From Minisyncoccota bacterium (lineage in GTDB: Bacteria; Patescibacteriota; Minisyncoccia; Phycocordibacterales; PALSA-1337), in NCBI GenBank assembly GCA_041663145.1, contig JBAZRG010000002.1, positions 1-30,617 of the forward strand: 30,617 nt of DNA. The letters are read 5' to 3'. The notes beneath the pieces were generated by a model. The model saw only the letters and a program-made list of their open reading frames with translations. It did not search any database and was not told where the DNA came from. A program made the translations under genes and the position numbers. Positions 16,396 to 24,408 of this stretch are shown here, in pieces. Every line of letters begins with the position of its first letter. Position 1 is the stretch's first letter.

Positions 16396-17481
16396 CTATT
16401 TTTCCAGGAAAGCAAATACTTTTTCGTTAGTTAGAATTGTTTCCGCATAGACTGTTGCATGATCTCTGTCGGCGTCCTTATAGTGTTTGACGATATGATT
16501 CACTTCAACCTCGATCTCTTTTGGATCTGGAGCGATTTGTTCCGCTTCAGCGATTGCATTTAGGATGAGTTGTAACTTGGCTTTCTTCTCGGCATGAGGA
16601 CGCCATTCTTTTCTTATATCTGTCAGAGTTTTCTTTGCGTGTTTGAGATAGTCATCTAGTTTGACTCCCATCTTTTCTATATCAGCTTCGAATTGAGTTT
16701 GTGTACGATTGAGTTCGCTTTCTATCATTATCTCCGGCAGAACTACGGAAGTTGCTGAGGTTAGAGCATCAGCAATTTCCAAACGTAATTTTTCTCGAGC
16801 CTCGTCTTTTTTGCTCTCGCCGATCATCTCACGGATTTTGATTTTGAAATCTTCCACATTATCAAATTCACCACCGAGTCCGCGAACGAAATCGTCATTG
16901 AATTCTGGCAAGGAATCTAGAATCATTTTTTCATGCTCTTCCGGTGTCAGTTTGTCGTGATCATGTTTGTCATGTGAGACGTGAGATTTTCGGATGCGAA
17001 GTATCGTATCCTCGACGTCCTTGTCAGTGACTTCATATGGAAGTGAATCACGTTTCTTTATTATCGTGGCGGATAGTTTTTTGTATTCAGGAAGTTTGAT
17101 CTCTGGAATGATGGCGGTCGTTGCTTTGAATTCCATGGGATTGCCTTTAGCGAGTTTAGTGACCTGTACTTGCGGTTTGCCGATAGCGTTTAGTTTGTTA
17201 TCGATGACGATAGCGACATAGGCTTTGGAAAGTGCCAGCTCAGCAATCTCTTCTAGAATAGCGGCTTCACCGACTTTGGTTATGAGAACATTTTCCGGTA
17301 CCATACCTTTTCGAAATCCATCTATTGTTATCGAATCGTTGAGATTTTTTAGCGCCTGAGGACGAAAACTCTCGTATTGATCGGTAGCTATGGAAGCGGA
17401 TATCTCTATCATTGAATTGTCGAGATTTTTTATGGCGAGATTGTCGTAAATCTTTGGTGCGTTGTTTGTTGTTTGATTCAT
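16396..17481 (-). CDS. tig: Trigger factor
   Basis: N-terminal ribosome-binding signature GFRKGMVP. The ORF track places the start at 17517 (TTG); the ATG at 17481 is more likely. Confidence 0.75.
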   Translation of the reverse strand: MNQTTNNAPKIYDNLAIKNLDNSMIEISASIATDQYESFRPQALKNLNDSITIDGFRKGMVPENVLITKVGEAAILEEIAELALSKAYVAIVIDNKLNAIGKPQVQVTKLAKGNPMEFKATTAIIPEIKLPEYKKLSATIIKKRDSLPYEVTDKDVEDTILRIRKSHVSHDKHDHDKLTPEEHEKMILDSLPEFNDDFVRGLGGEFDNVEDFKIKIREMIGESKKDEAREKLRLEIADALTSATSVVLPEIMIESELNRTQTQFEADIEKMGVKLDDYLKHAKKTLTDIRKEWRPHAEKKAKLQLILNAIAEAEQIAPDPKEIEVEVNHIVKHYKDADRDHATVYAETILTNEKVFAFLEK

Positions 17482-17574
17482 GAAAAATAGTTTACATGCA
17501 TATAGAACTTGAAGCAAGCAAAGAAAAACATGGAGAGTTTGTCCCCATGTTTTTCTTTCAAATAAGATGAATAT

Positions 17575-17937
17575 CTAGAAATTTTGCTCGTCCAGTCCAC
17601 TGGTTGATACTTCGAGATCTTGTTGTATATCCATGACTTCATCGGATGGATTGGTTACAGTCGGGACATCGGATGCAGATTCGACTTGTGAATAGGTACT
17701 ATTTTCGGAAGGAACTGATTCCTTGTTGATCTTTGAAGCTAAGAGATAAAGAGCACCTATTACGACAATAAGAACAACAACCAGAGTTACTATTACCGGA
17801 CCGACTTTACGATGGGAAGCATCGTTATTTTGTGGGGAAGTCGGTGTGACTGGATTTAAAGGGGACGGTGTTGAATAAGGTGATTGTCCAGAAGTTGGGT
17901 TTGGTGAACTTGTTGGAACTTGATAATTGTTATCCAT
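17575..17937 (-). CDS. Hypothetical Pro/Ser/Thr-rich membrane-anchored protein
   Basis: 120 aa. Low-complexity PTS-rich N-terminus followed by one TM helix. Confidence 0.4.
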   Translation of the reverse strand: MDNNYQVPTSSPNPTSGQSPYSTPSPLNPVTPTSPQNNDASHRKVGPVIVTLVVVLIVVIGALYLLASKINKESVPSENSTYSQVESASDVPTVTNPSDEVMDIQQDLEVSTSGLDEQNF

Positions 17938-17974
17938 GTTATTTTATTTGATTGATAAATTGTTAATTATTAAA

Positions 17975-18838
17975 CTAAATAGAATCTTGTGTTGAAGATG
18001 ATTGTGTCGAGGTTGTACTCGAGGCTGTTACACGAATTTTACCGTTGTCATCAGATCCTAGACCCATAGCATGAGCTATTGCTACGACTACGTCATTTAG
18101 GGCTTTTCTCGTGTCGTTCAAAGCCTTTATGACTACCGCACCGACTTGACGTGGTTTGTTGATATCTATCAGCACTTCTCCAGATGTTGTAGCCGAGGAA
18201 CTTGCGGTGACTGATGTGCTAGCTACGGTTGTTGTTGCTGAGAATGAAATCAGGGTATTTAGGGCTTTTTTCGCTTCTACAAATTTGAGATCCGCCGTGA
18301 CTAATGCTGATTTGGCCTTGGTCATATCGCGACCGGCGTCTTCAGCTTTTTCCATACGAGAAACTATGCGCTCTCTGATCTGTGTCAAATTGTTAAGTGC
18401 TCGGGTAAGCTGTTGAACCAATTGATTTTTTTGCTTTTCAAAAATATCTTTGCGGATTCTTTCCAAAAGCTTGTTTTGATTTGATCTATTGTCGTCATCA
18501 CGTGAGATTGACTTGCTGGTCGAAGCATTTAGAGTAGCTCTGGCTCGTACGGCATTGCTAGTGGTTGATTGTTTTCGGAGCAACTCGGCGCGATCTTTTA
18601 TCGATTCTTGTTTTTTTAATTCTTCTGATTTGATGGTTGACCCTGTATTATGAAGTTCGATCTCGTTGCGAAGTTTCTCACGAATAGCTGCTGATGGAAT
18701 ATTTGTTGTATTTTGGTCCAAAGATGCTCCGATTTCGACAGAAGCTTCTGTTTCTATGAGGGTCTGTGCTTTTGTTACATCGGTCGCACTAATGGCAAAT
18801 ATAGCTATAAACACCAATAATATGGATATTTTTTTCAT
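17975..18838 (-). CDS. Hypothetical secreted coiled-coil protein with Ser/Thr-rich C-terminus
   Basis: 287 aa. Signal-peptide-like N-terminus (MKKISILLVFIAIFAISA). Confidence 0.5.
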   Translation of the reverse strand: MKKISILLVFIAIFAISATDVTKAQTLIETEASVEIGASLDQNTTNIPSAAIREKLRNEIELHNTGSTIKSEELKKQESIKDRAELLRKQSTTSNAVRARATLNASTSKSISRDDDNRSNQNKLLERIRKDIFEKQKNQLVQQLTRALNNLTQIRERIVSRMEKAEDAGRDMTKAKSALVTADLKFVEAKKALNTLISFSATTTVASTSVTASSSATTSGEVLIDINKPRQVGAVVIKALNDTRKALNDVVVAIAHAMGLGSDDNGKIRVTASSTTSTQSSSTQDSI

Positions 18839-18900
18839 GTATGTTGATTGAGTCTCTAATTAGGCTGCAAAAATTGCAGTTAGGGCTATTATAGCACATA

Positions 18901-19071
18901 AGCGTAACCCCCTCGCATCCTCATTTGTCTTCCTCGAACTCTGCTCACAATATACCAACATTTTCACAAAGGATGCGCTACAGGGATTCGCGCATCCTTT
19001 GGAAAATGTACTGGTATATTATTTCGCAGATTATTCTCGGAAGACAAATAAGGATGCGAGGGGGTTACGCT
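18901..19071. repeat. MITE-like palindromic element with 33-bp terminal inverted repeats (1 mismatch) and an inner 11-bp inverted repeat
   Basis: AGCGTAACCCCCTCGCATCCTCATTTGTCTTCC ... GGAAGACAAATAAGGATGCGAGGGGGTTACGCT. The interior carries AAAGGATGCGC/GCGCATCCTTT and the 22-mer TTCGCAGATTATTCTCGGAAGA that also occurs at 141-162. Confidence 0.6.
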
Positions 19072-19113
19072 CCATACTATTCAAAGTACAGACTATGTAT
19101 GGATAGCTACATT

Positions 19114-19235
19114 TAACCCCTAGTAACATAATGTCCCTCCGAACGCCGAGGATTGTAGCCAGCGGTAGCGCCCGCGATTGAGCACAATCGCCTACTGGGC
19201 AGGCGTACGGGGGGACATTATGTTACTAGGGGTTA
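19114..19235. repeat. Perfect 21-24-bp inverted repeat enclosing a 74-nt GC-rich loop, 13 nt downstream of the hppA stop
   Basis: CCCCTAGTAACATAATGTCCC / GGGACATTATGTTACTAGGGG. The loop contains ATTGAGCACAATCGCCTACTGGG, which recurs at 23617-23639. Confidence 0.6.
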
Positions 19236-19247
19236 CTAAATAATACA

Positions 19248-21230
19248 CTAAATAATGAATGCCACTATAAGTAGAGCAACAATATTGAGGATTTTAATCA
19301 TAGGATTGATAGCAGGGCCGGCGGTATCCTTGTAAGGATCTCCGACAGTGTCTCCGGTAACGGCTGCTTTGTGAGCATCTGAACCTTTTCCTCCATGAGC
19401 ACCTTGTTCGATGTGTTTCTTTGCATTATCCCAAGCTCCACCACCTGATGTCATAGATATAGCCACGAATAGACCTGTAACGATCGAGCCAACCAAGAGT
19501 CCGCCTAGCGCTACTGGTCCCAAGATGAAACCGACTAGAATAGGGGCTAGGACAGGAATGAGAGCCGGGGCAATCATTTCTTTTATAGCTGCTGATGTAA
19601 CAATATCTACACAACGAGCATAATCTGGCTTGGCTGTGCCTTGCATTATTCCCTTGATCTCACGGAATTGGCGGCGAACTTCCTCGACGACTTTTCCAGC
19701 TGCTTTACCGACAGCTTCCATAGAGAGAGCGGCGAAATAGTAAGGAAGAAGACCACCAATGAAGAGACCGACGATGACCTTTGGATCAGAGAGACTGAAG
19801 GTTAGATTTCCGGTAAGTTCTGTGTAGGAAGCGAACAAAACTAGGGCTGCGAGTCCTGCGGAACCAATGGCATAACCTTTTGTTACGGCCTTTGTAGTAT
19901 TGCCCACGGCATCCAAAGGATCGGTAATATCACGAACTTCTTGTGGAAGATGGGCCATTTCGGCTATACCGCCGGCATTGTCAGTGATAGGACCATAAGC
20001 GTCAATAGCGACTATGATTCCAGCCATAGATAACATGGACATTGCGGCAACTGCGATACCGTAGAGACCAGCGAAATAATAAGCTGCCAATATACCAGCT
20101 ACAATAGTGATGAGTGGCCATGCGGTCGATTTCATGGATATGGCCAAACCTTGGATAATATTCGTACCATGTCCGGAAACTGAAGCCTTTGCTATGGATT
20201 TTACCGGATTGTATTTGGTTGAAGTGTAATATTCTGTGATAACAACCAGAAGGGCAGTTACGATCAAGCCGACCAATGTACAACCGAATAGATTTAATAC
20301 ACTATATGTGCCATTCATTTTCATAAGAACATTTGTTGTAGGGTAGAAAGCAATTGCTGACAGGACTCCGGCTACAGTCAGACCTTTGTACATCGATCCC
20401 ATGATATTTTGGGATTTGCCCATTTTGACGAACCAGGTACCGATGATAGAAGCAATGATAGCTATACCTCCAAGTGCTAGAGGGTAGACCAGAGCACCTT
20501 CAAACCCGACGAATAGAGTCGCGCCGAGCATCATAGCGGCGATAGTAGTGACTGCGTACGTCTCGAATAAGTCAGCGGCCATACCAGCACAATCTCCTAC
20601 GTTGTCTCCAACGTTGTCAGCAATAACGCCTGGATTTCGAGGATCATCTTCAGGAATACCAGCTTCGACTTTACCGACTAGATCCGTGCCCACGTCAGCA
20701 GCTTTGGTAAAGATTCCTCCACCTAGACGGGCAAAGACTGAGATCAAACTCGAACCAAAAGCCAGACCGATCAAAGAATTTACATCTCCTGTAATGGCAT
20801 AAAAAACTGTAACACCCAATAAAGCCAAACCGACCACGAATAGTCCCGTAACGGCTCCACCTTTGAATGCCAAGGAAAGTGCCTGGGCCAAACCATGTTT
20901 AGCGGCTTCGGCGGTTCGGATATTTGTACGAACAGAAACGTTCATACCGATATAACCGGCTAGAGCCGAGAGAACGGCACCGACTATAAAGCCTATGGCG
21001 ATTTCAATTCCTAATGCCAACCATAGTACTATGAATAATACGACAGCGATTATGGCGATTGTGCGATATTGTCTGTTCAAATACGCTTTGGCGCCGGCCT
21101 GGATGGCTGCGGCGATCTCTTTCATCTTGTCGTTACCGGAAGGTTTTTTGAGGATGGAGTTTATTAGAAATACTCCGTAAGCAATGGCTATAAGTGAGGT
21201 TATGAGAGCGAACCATATGGTCGAATTCAT
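19248..21230 (-). CDS. hppA: Membrane-bound proton/sodium-translocating pyrophosphatase
   Basis: 660 aa. Signature [25 protein letters not shown]. Many TM helices. Confidence 0.95.
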   Translation of the reverse strand: MNSTIWFALITSLIAIAYGVFLINSILKKPSGNDKMKEIAAAIQAGAKAYLNRQYRTIAIIAVVLFIVLWLALGIEIAIGFIVGAVLSALAGYIGMNVSVRTNIRTAEAAKHGLAQALSLAFKGGAVTGLFVVGLALLGVTVFYAITGDVNSLIGLAFGSSLISVFARLGGGIFTKAADVGTDLVGKVEAGIPEDDPRNPGVIADNVGDNVGDCAGMAADLFETYAVTTIAAMMLGATLFVGFEGALVYPLALGGIAIIASIIGTWFVKMGKSQNIMGSMYKGLTVAGVLSAIAFYPTTNVLMKMNGTYSVLNLFGCTLVGLIVTALLVVITEYYTSTKYNPVKSIAKASVSGHGTNIIQGLAISMKSTAWPLITIVAGILAAYYFAGLYGIAVAAMSMLSMAGIIVAIDAYGPITDNAGGIAEMAHLPQEVRDITDPLDAVGNTTKAVTKGYAIGSAGLAALVLFASYTELTGNLTFSLSDPKVIVGLFIGGLLPYYFAALSMEAVGKAAGKVVEEVRRQFREIKGIMQGTAKPDYARCVDIVTSAAIKEMIAPALIPVLAPILVGFILGPVALGGLLVGSIVTGLFVAISMTSGGGAWDNAKKHIEQGAHGGKGSDAHKAAVTGDTVGDPYKDTAGPAINPMIKILNIVALLIVAFII

Positions 21231-21260
21231 TTTGATTTGATTAAATGCGCCATTTATTTG

Positions 21261-22421
21261 TTATTCAGGCGCAACTTGTAATAATACTTCATCTGTTTCG
21301 GCACCATCTCCAGCAGATTTTATATCGATTTTCCATCCTGTCAATTTTGCCGCAAGTCGGACATTTTGACCGCCTTTACCAATAGCTAGAGATTGTTCAT
21401 CTTCGGTTACGGTAACGATAGCTTTGTGTTCCTTCTCATCCAATTCTAGAGAAACAACTTCGGCAGGAGATAGGGCTTCCTCGATAAATAGGGCCGGGTC
21501 TTCATTCCATTCGACAATGTCTATCTTTTCGCCCGAAAGTTCGCTAGTTACGGTCGAAACTCGCACACCACGTTGTCCGACCATCGAGCCTATAGGATCG
21601 ATATGTGAATCATGAGAGATAACGGCGATTTTTGAGCGTGAACCAGCTTCGCGGGCAATAGCCTTGATCTCGACAGTTCCCGATGCTATCTCCGGAGCTT
21701 CGATCTCGAATAAATTTGCCAAGAATTTTGGATGAGCTCTGGAAAGTTTGAGAACAATGCCTTTTGGAGTTTCTTCGACGGCAAATAGGTAAGCTCGAAT
21801 ACGATCACCCGTTTTCCATCTTTCGCTCGGTATCTGTTCCTCATAGGGAATAACACCTATTGCTCTGCCCATGTCTATATATACAGTGCCACGTTCGACA
21901 CGTTCTACTATACCAGCCACAATCTGACCTGATTTTTGGCCATATTCACTCATAACCGAGACTTTCTCGGCTTCACGAATCTTTTGGATAATGATCTGTT
22001 TGGCTGTCTGGGCGGCAATACGTCCGAAATCGGCTTTGTTTTCGAGTGGAAACACCAACTCATCGCCCAAAGCGGCATCTCTTTTGATCTTTCTGGCATC
22101 TTCTACGAGCATGTGTTGTTCCGGATTGAAACGGATCTTGATATCATCGACATTGGCTTCACGGAGTTCCTCGTGCGCCATCTCGAGATCACCTTCCATG
22201 ATGACCTGATTGCGATCGACGACTATCTTCACCTGCCAAAATTCGACAGCACCGGAGTTTTGGTCGAAAGAGGCACGAATGATCTGGCCTTTCTTTCCGT
22301 ATTCTTTCTTATAAGCGGTAGCCAGAGCCATGGCGATAGCTTCGAGAGTCTTTTCTCGCGGTATGCCACGTTCCTCTTCGAGCTGTTGCACTACTGAATT
22401 TATTACTTTCAAGTCAAACAT
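21261..22421 (-). CDS. nusA: Transcription termination/antitermination factor NusA
   Basis: 386 aa. N-terminal domain, S1 domain, two KH domains (IGKGGQNVRLA). Confidence 0.95.
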   Translation of the reverse strand: MFDLKVINSVVQQLEEERGIPREKTLEAIAMALATAYKKEYGKKGQIIRASFDQNSGAVEFWQVKIVVDRNQVIMEGDLEMAHEELREANVDDIKIRFNPEQHMLVEDARKIKRDAALGDELVFPLENKADFGRIAAQTAKQIIIQKIREAEKVSVMSEYGQKSGQIVAGIVERVERGTVYIDMGRAIGVIPYEEQIPSERWKTGDRIRAYLFAVEETPKGIVLKLSRAHPKFLANLFEIEAPEIASGTVEIKAIAREAGSRSKIAVISHDSHIDPIGSMVGQRGVRVSTVTSELSGEKIDIVEWNEDPALFIEEALSPAEVVSLELDEKEHKAIVTVTEDEQSLAIGKGGQNVRLAAKLTGWKIDIKSAGDGAETDEVLLQVAPE

Positions 22422-22653
22422 ATATTTAGTTGTTATTGATTTTTTATTAAGTTGTGACTATATCTATTGTATCTCATGGTCAATATATCATCTAGATATA
22501 ATATATCATGCGATACCCTCTAAACTAAAATGTCCGCCGGTAGGCGAACTTCTCTAGACATGATGTAGTATACACTATTTTTTGCGTTTGTAAAGTATCT
22601 AGCTATTCACCAAGCTCAATAAGTCCAATACCTTTGAATCATTACGTGGTGTG

Positions 22654-22683
22654 TTGACAAGTAGCTATTATGTGCTGTATAAT
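22654..22683 (+). promoter_or_regulatory. Consensus sigma70-type promoter TTGACA-18-TATAAT upstream of the DGR target gene
   Basis: Read directly. It lies about 135 nt upstream of the likely ATG at 22820. Confidence 0.65.
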
Positions 22684-22759
22684 TATTAAGGTAGTTCTTT
22701 GATATGCCAGTTACGTTCACCATAACAGAAAGCGTCTCAAAACTGAGGCATTTTCCGTT

Positions 22760-23506
22760 GTGGTGAACTGTAGTAACCACACATCAACAAAACAACGTAT
22801 ACGAAAGGTAATAACGATTATGAAATCGATTACACCTGGTCAGATGGAACAGTTTGCTCGTTTTGTGACAGATGCTTCCGGTCCAAGCACGAAGACGGCT
22901 CTTGAGCAGCTTCGCGACGACTGGGAATTCAGTCATGAAGGTCTTCAGCGCGCGCTCGGAAAAGGTAATCAGCTCAAATCCCGCCTTATTCCGCTTCTCA
23001 AGGCCATGATCAAGGAAATGGCGACTAATATCCAAGGATGCGTGAAGCGCATCCTTGATGGAGAAGAGATCGCCATCGCCAAAACGAGCGGAAAGGAAAA
23101 TCTCGCCCATGCCAAGGACGTTTTCACCGGTTGGGTTGATCCCGACTTCGTGAATTACGGCTGTGATGTGGAAGGGGAGCCTACCGCTCCGACACCTGTA
23201 GAGGTGTTCGAGATGGTGGAAAACGGCGACTTCGCGCGGATATTCGGTGGTTTCAATGTCAGCCTCGATCAGCTGCGTCTTTCACAGCACCAGATCAAGG
23301 CTTTCGCAAGGGATCACCGTGATAAGCTCCGCACGGAAGGATACGGGACCTTCTTCCTGTTCAAGGTTGGCGAAGAGTTCTTCGTTGCGTACGTGCACTT
23401 CTACGGCGGCGGGCGGCTCCGGGTCTACGTGCACCGCTTCTCGGACGTCAACGTCTGGGGCGCCGAGCGCCGTCATCGCGTCGTGCTCCCGAAACTGAAC
23501 CAGTAG
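22760..23506 (+). CDS. DGR variable (target) protein; VR forms the C-terminal 40 codons. The likely true start is the ATG at 22820 (228 aa).
   Basis: The C-terminus ...YVHFYGGGRLRVYVHRFSDVNVWGAERRHRVVLPKLNQ is encoded by the VR. The gene is GC-rich relative to the backbone. No signal peptide. I do not recognise the fold from the sequence. Confidence 0.75.
   Translation: MVNCSNHTSTKQRIRKVITIMKSITPGQMEQFARFVTDASGPSTKTALEQLRDDWEFSHEGLQRALGKGNQLKSRLIPLLKAMIKEMATNIQGCVKRILDGEEIAIAKTSGKENLAHAKDVFTGWVDPDFVNYGCDVEGEPTAPTPVEVFEMVENGDFARIFGGFNVSLDQLRLSQHQIKAFARDHRDKLRTEGYGTFFLFKVGEEFFVAYVHFYGGGRLRVYVHRFSDVNVWGAERRHRVVLPKLNQ
23378..23497 (+). repeat. DGR variable repeat (VR)
   Basis: 120 nt aligned with the TR at 23864-23983. 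There are 19 mismatches, and at every one the TR base is A (VR has C, G or T). All other positions are identical. AAC (Asn) codons in the TR correspond to Tyr, His, Asp, Gly and Arg codons in the VR. Confidence 0.9.
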
Positions 23507-23519
23507 GTTCACCTACTGG
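23500..23519 (+). promoter_or_regulatory. VR-proximal hairpin (CCAGTAGG-TTCA-CCTACTGG) overlapping the target stop codon
   Basis: 8-bp perfect stem with a 4-nt loop immediately 3' of the VR. Comparable to the hairpin/cruciform elements that enhance DGR retrohoming. Confidence 0.6.
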
Positions 23520-23610
23520 GTGGCACTTGCAAATTAGCCTTGAGCCTTTGGCTCTCAGTCCCTCTGATCCTTGTCAAAATTTATTTTGGCAAATCAGGGG
23601 GATTTTTTGA

Positions 23611-23639
23611 TTGAGCACAATCACCTACTGGGTTATACT
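23611..23639 (+). promoter_or_regulatory. Candidate promoter TTGAGC-17-TATACT for the TR-containing transcript
   Basis: Read directly. It is about 225 nt upstream of the TR. The -35 region is embedded in the 23-mer shared with 19177-19199. Confidence 0.45.
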
Positions 23640-23863
23640 GGAATGGCACGCATGAACGTACGGTGGCTATGGCTCCTGTGCCACGCTTGTGAAGAAATAC
23701 GTTCGGGAGTTCTGCTGGATATGTCTTGCAGAAGAGTGGATGTATTATTATCTAAACAAAAAATAATCAGTTGGTGTAGCGAACTGGAGGACTTCAAGGT
23801 CCCGAATACTATTCAATTTGTCCTGATTGGGCGGGTGGTGTACTGGATGGTCCGCTACACATT

Positions 23864-23983
23864 ATCTTCGTTGCGAACGTGAACTTCAACGACGACGGGC
23901 AGCTCAAGGTCAACGTGAACCGCTTCTCGAACGACAACGTCTGGAACGCCGAGAACCGTCATCGCATCGTGATCCCGAAACTG
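23864..23983 (+). repeat. DGR template repeat (TR)
   Basis: It carries adenines at all 19 VR-variable positions. It is translatable in the VR frame as NVNFNDDGQLKVNVNRFSNDNVWNAENRHRIVIPKL (AAC-rich). Homology to the VR ends sharply after CCGAAACTG. Confidence 0.9.
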
Positions 23984-23998
23984 CAATTTCTCTCATCA

Positions 23999-24367
23999 TT
24001 ATTTGGTGAGAGTTTTGTTGAGTGTCGATTTAGCAGACGGACTTTGAAGGCCTTTGCGCCATCCACCAAGCATCCGTCCTATTTCTTCGAGCTTTTCCGA
24101 GAGTTCTGTATATTTGTCAGTCGGCATGAGCTTGCTCTCCCATGCTAGTTGATAAAAGAATTTAAGAGTATCTACCTTCGTTATTGTTCGACCAAGCATT
24201 ACCGTTTTGGTTTCTGGTGGTAGATATATGCAAGAAAAACTAAATTCCAAAGTATCTAAGAATAAATCCTCGATCTTTTGCCCGATGCCGAGTCGTTCGA
24301 CCCTCGGAAAGTTCCTATGAATAGTTAACCAAAACTGATATGCTTCTTTTTCCTTTAAAATTACCAC
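23999..24367 (-). CDS. avd: Accessory variability determinant (Avd)-like four-helix-bundle protein
   Basis: 122 aa. C-terminal ...MPTDKYTELSEKLEEIGRMLGGWRKGL resembles the Avd and 23S-rRNA-IVS protein family pattern (bAvd ...MTPHQVETAQVLIAEVGRILGSWIA). GTG start with no obvious SD. It is encoded opposite to the TR and RT. Confidence 0.65.
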   Translation of the reverse strand: MVILKEKEAYQFWLTIHRNFPRVERLGIGQKIEDLFLDTLEFSFSCIYLPPETKTVMLGRTITKVDTLKFFYQLAWESKLMPTDKYTELSEKLEEIGRMLGGWRKGLQSPSAKSTLNKTLTK

Positions 24368-24378
24368 TGGAGAATTGC

Positions 24379-24388
24379 GGGGGGGGGG
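24379..24388. repeat. G10 homopolymer in the 41-bp divergent avd/RT intergenic region
   Basis: Ten consecutive G on the + strand (equal to C10 on the strand encoding avd), 11 nt upstream of the avd start codon and 21 nt upstream of the likely RT ATG at 24409. Confidence 0.8.
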
Positions 24389-24408
24389 TCGTTATAGTCA
24401 TTTTATTT

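Noticed and set aside
19411-22397. Multiple short ORFs inside or antisense to hppA and nusA (e.g. 20002..20283, 20548..20802, 21936..22397)
   Set aside because: They are embedded in long, well-supported genes on the opposite strand or in an alternate frame. They are typical GC-skew artefacts.
23571-24148. ORFs 23571..23882 (+), 23827..24009 (+) and 23879..24148 (+) in the target-to-TR region
   Set aside because: They overlap the TR and its leader. The 23879 ORF is just the TR read in the VR frame. No RBS. They are better explained as non-coding DGR template RNA.
24340-24408. N-terminal 23-codon extension of the RT ORF (MLLFPLKLPLENCGGGVVIVILF)
   Set aside because: The extension runs through the G10 tract and the divergent avd start region. 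Homology to RTs begins at the Met at 24409.
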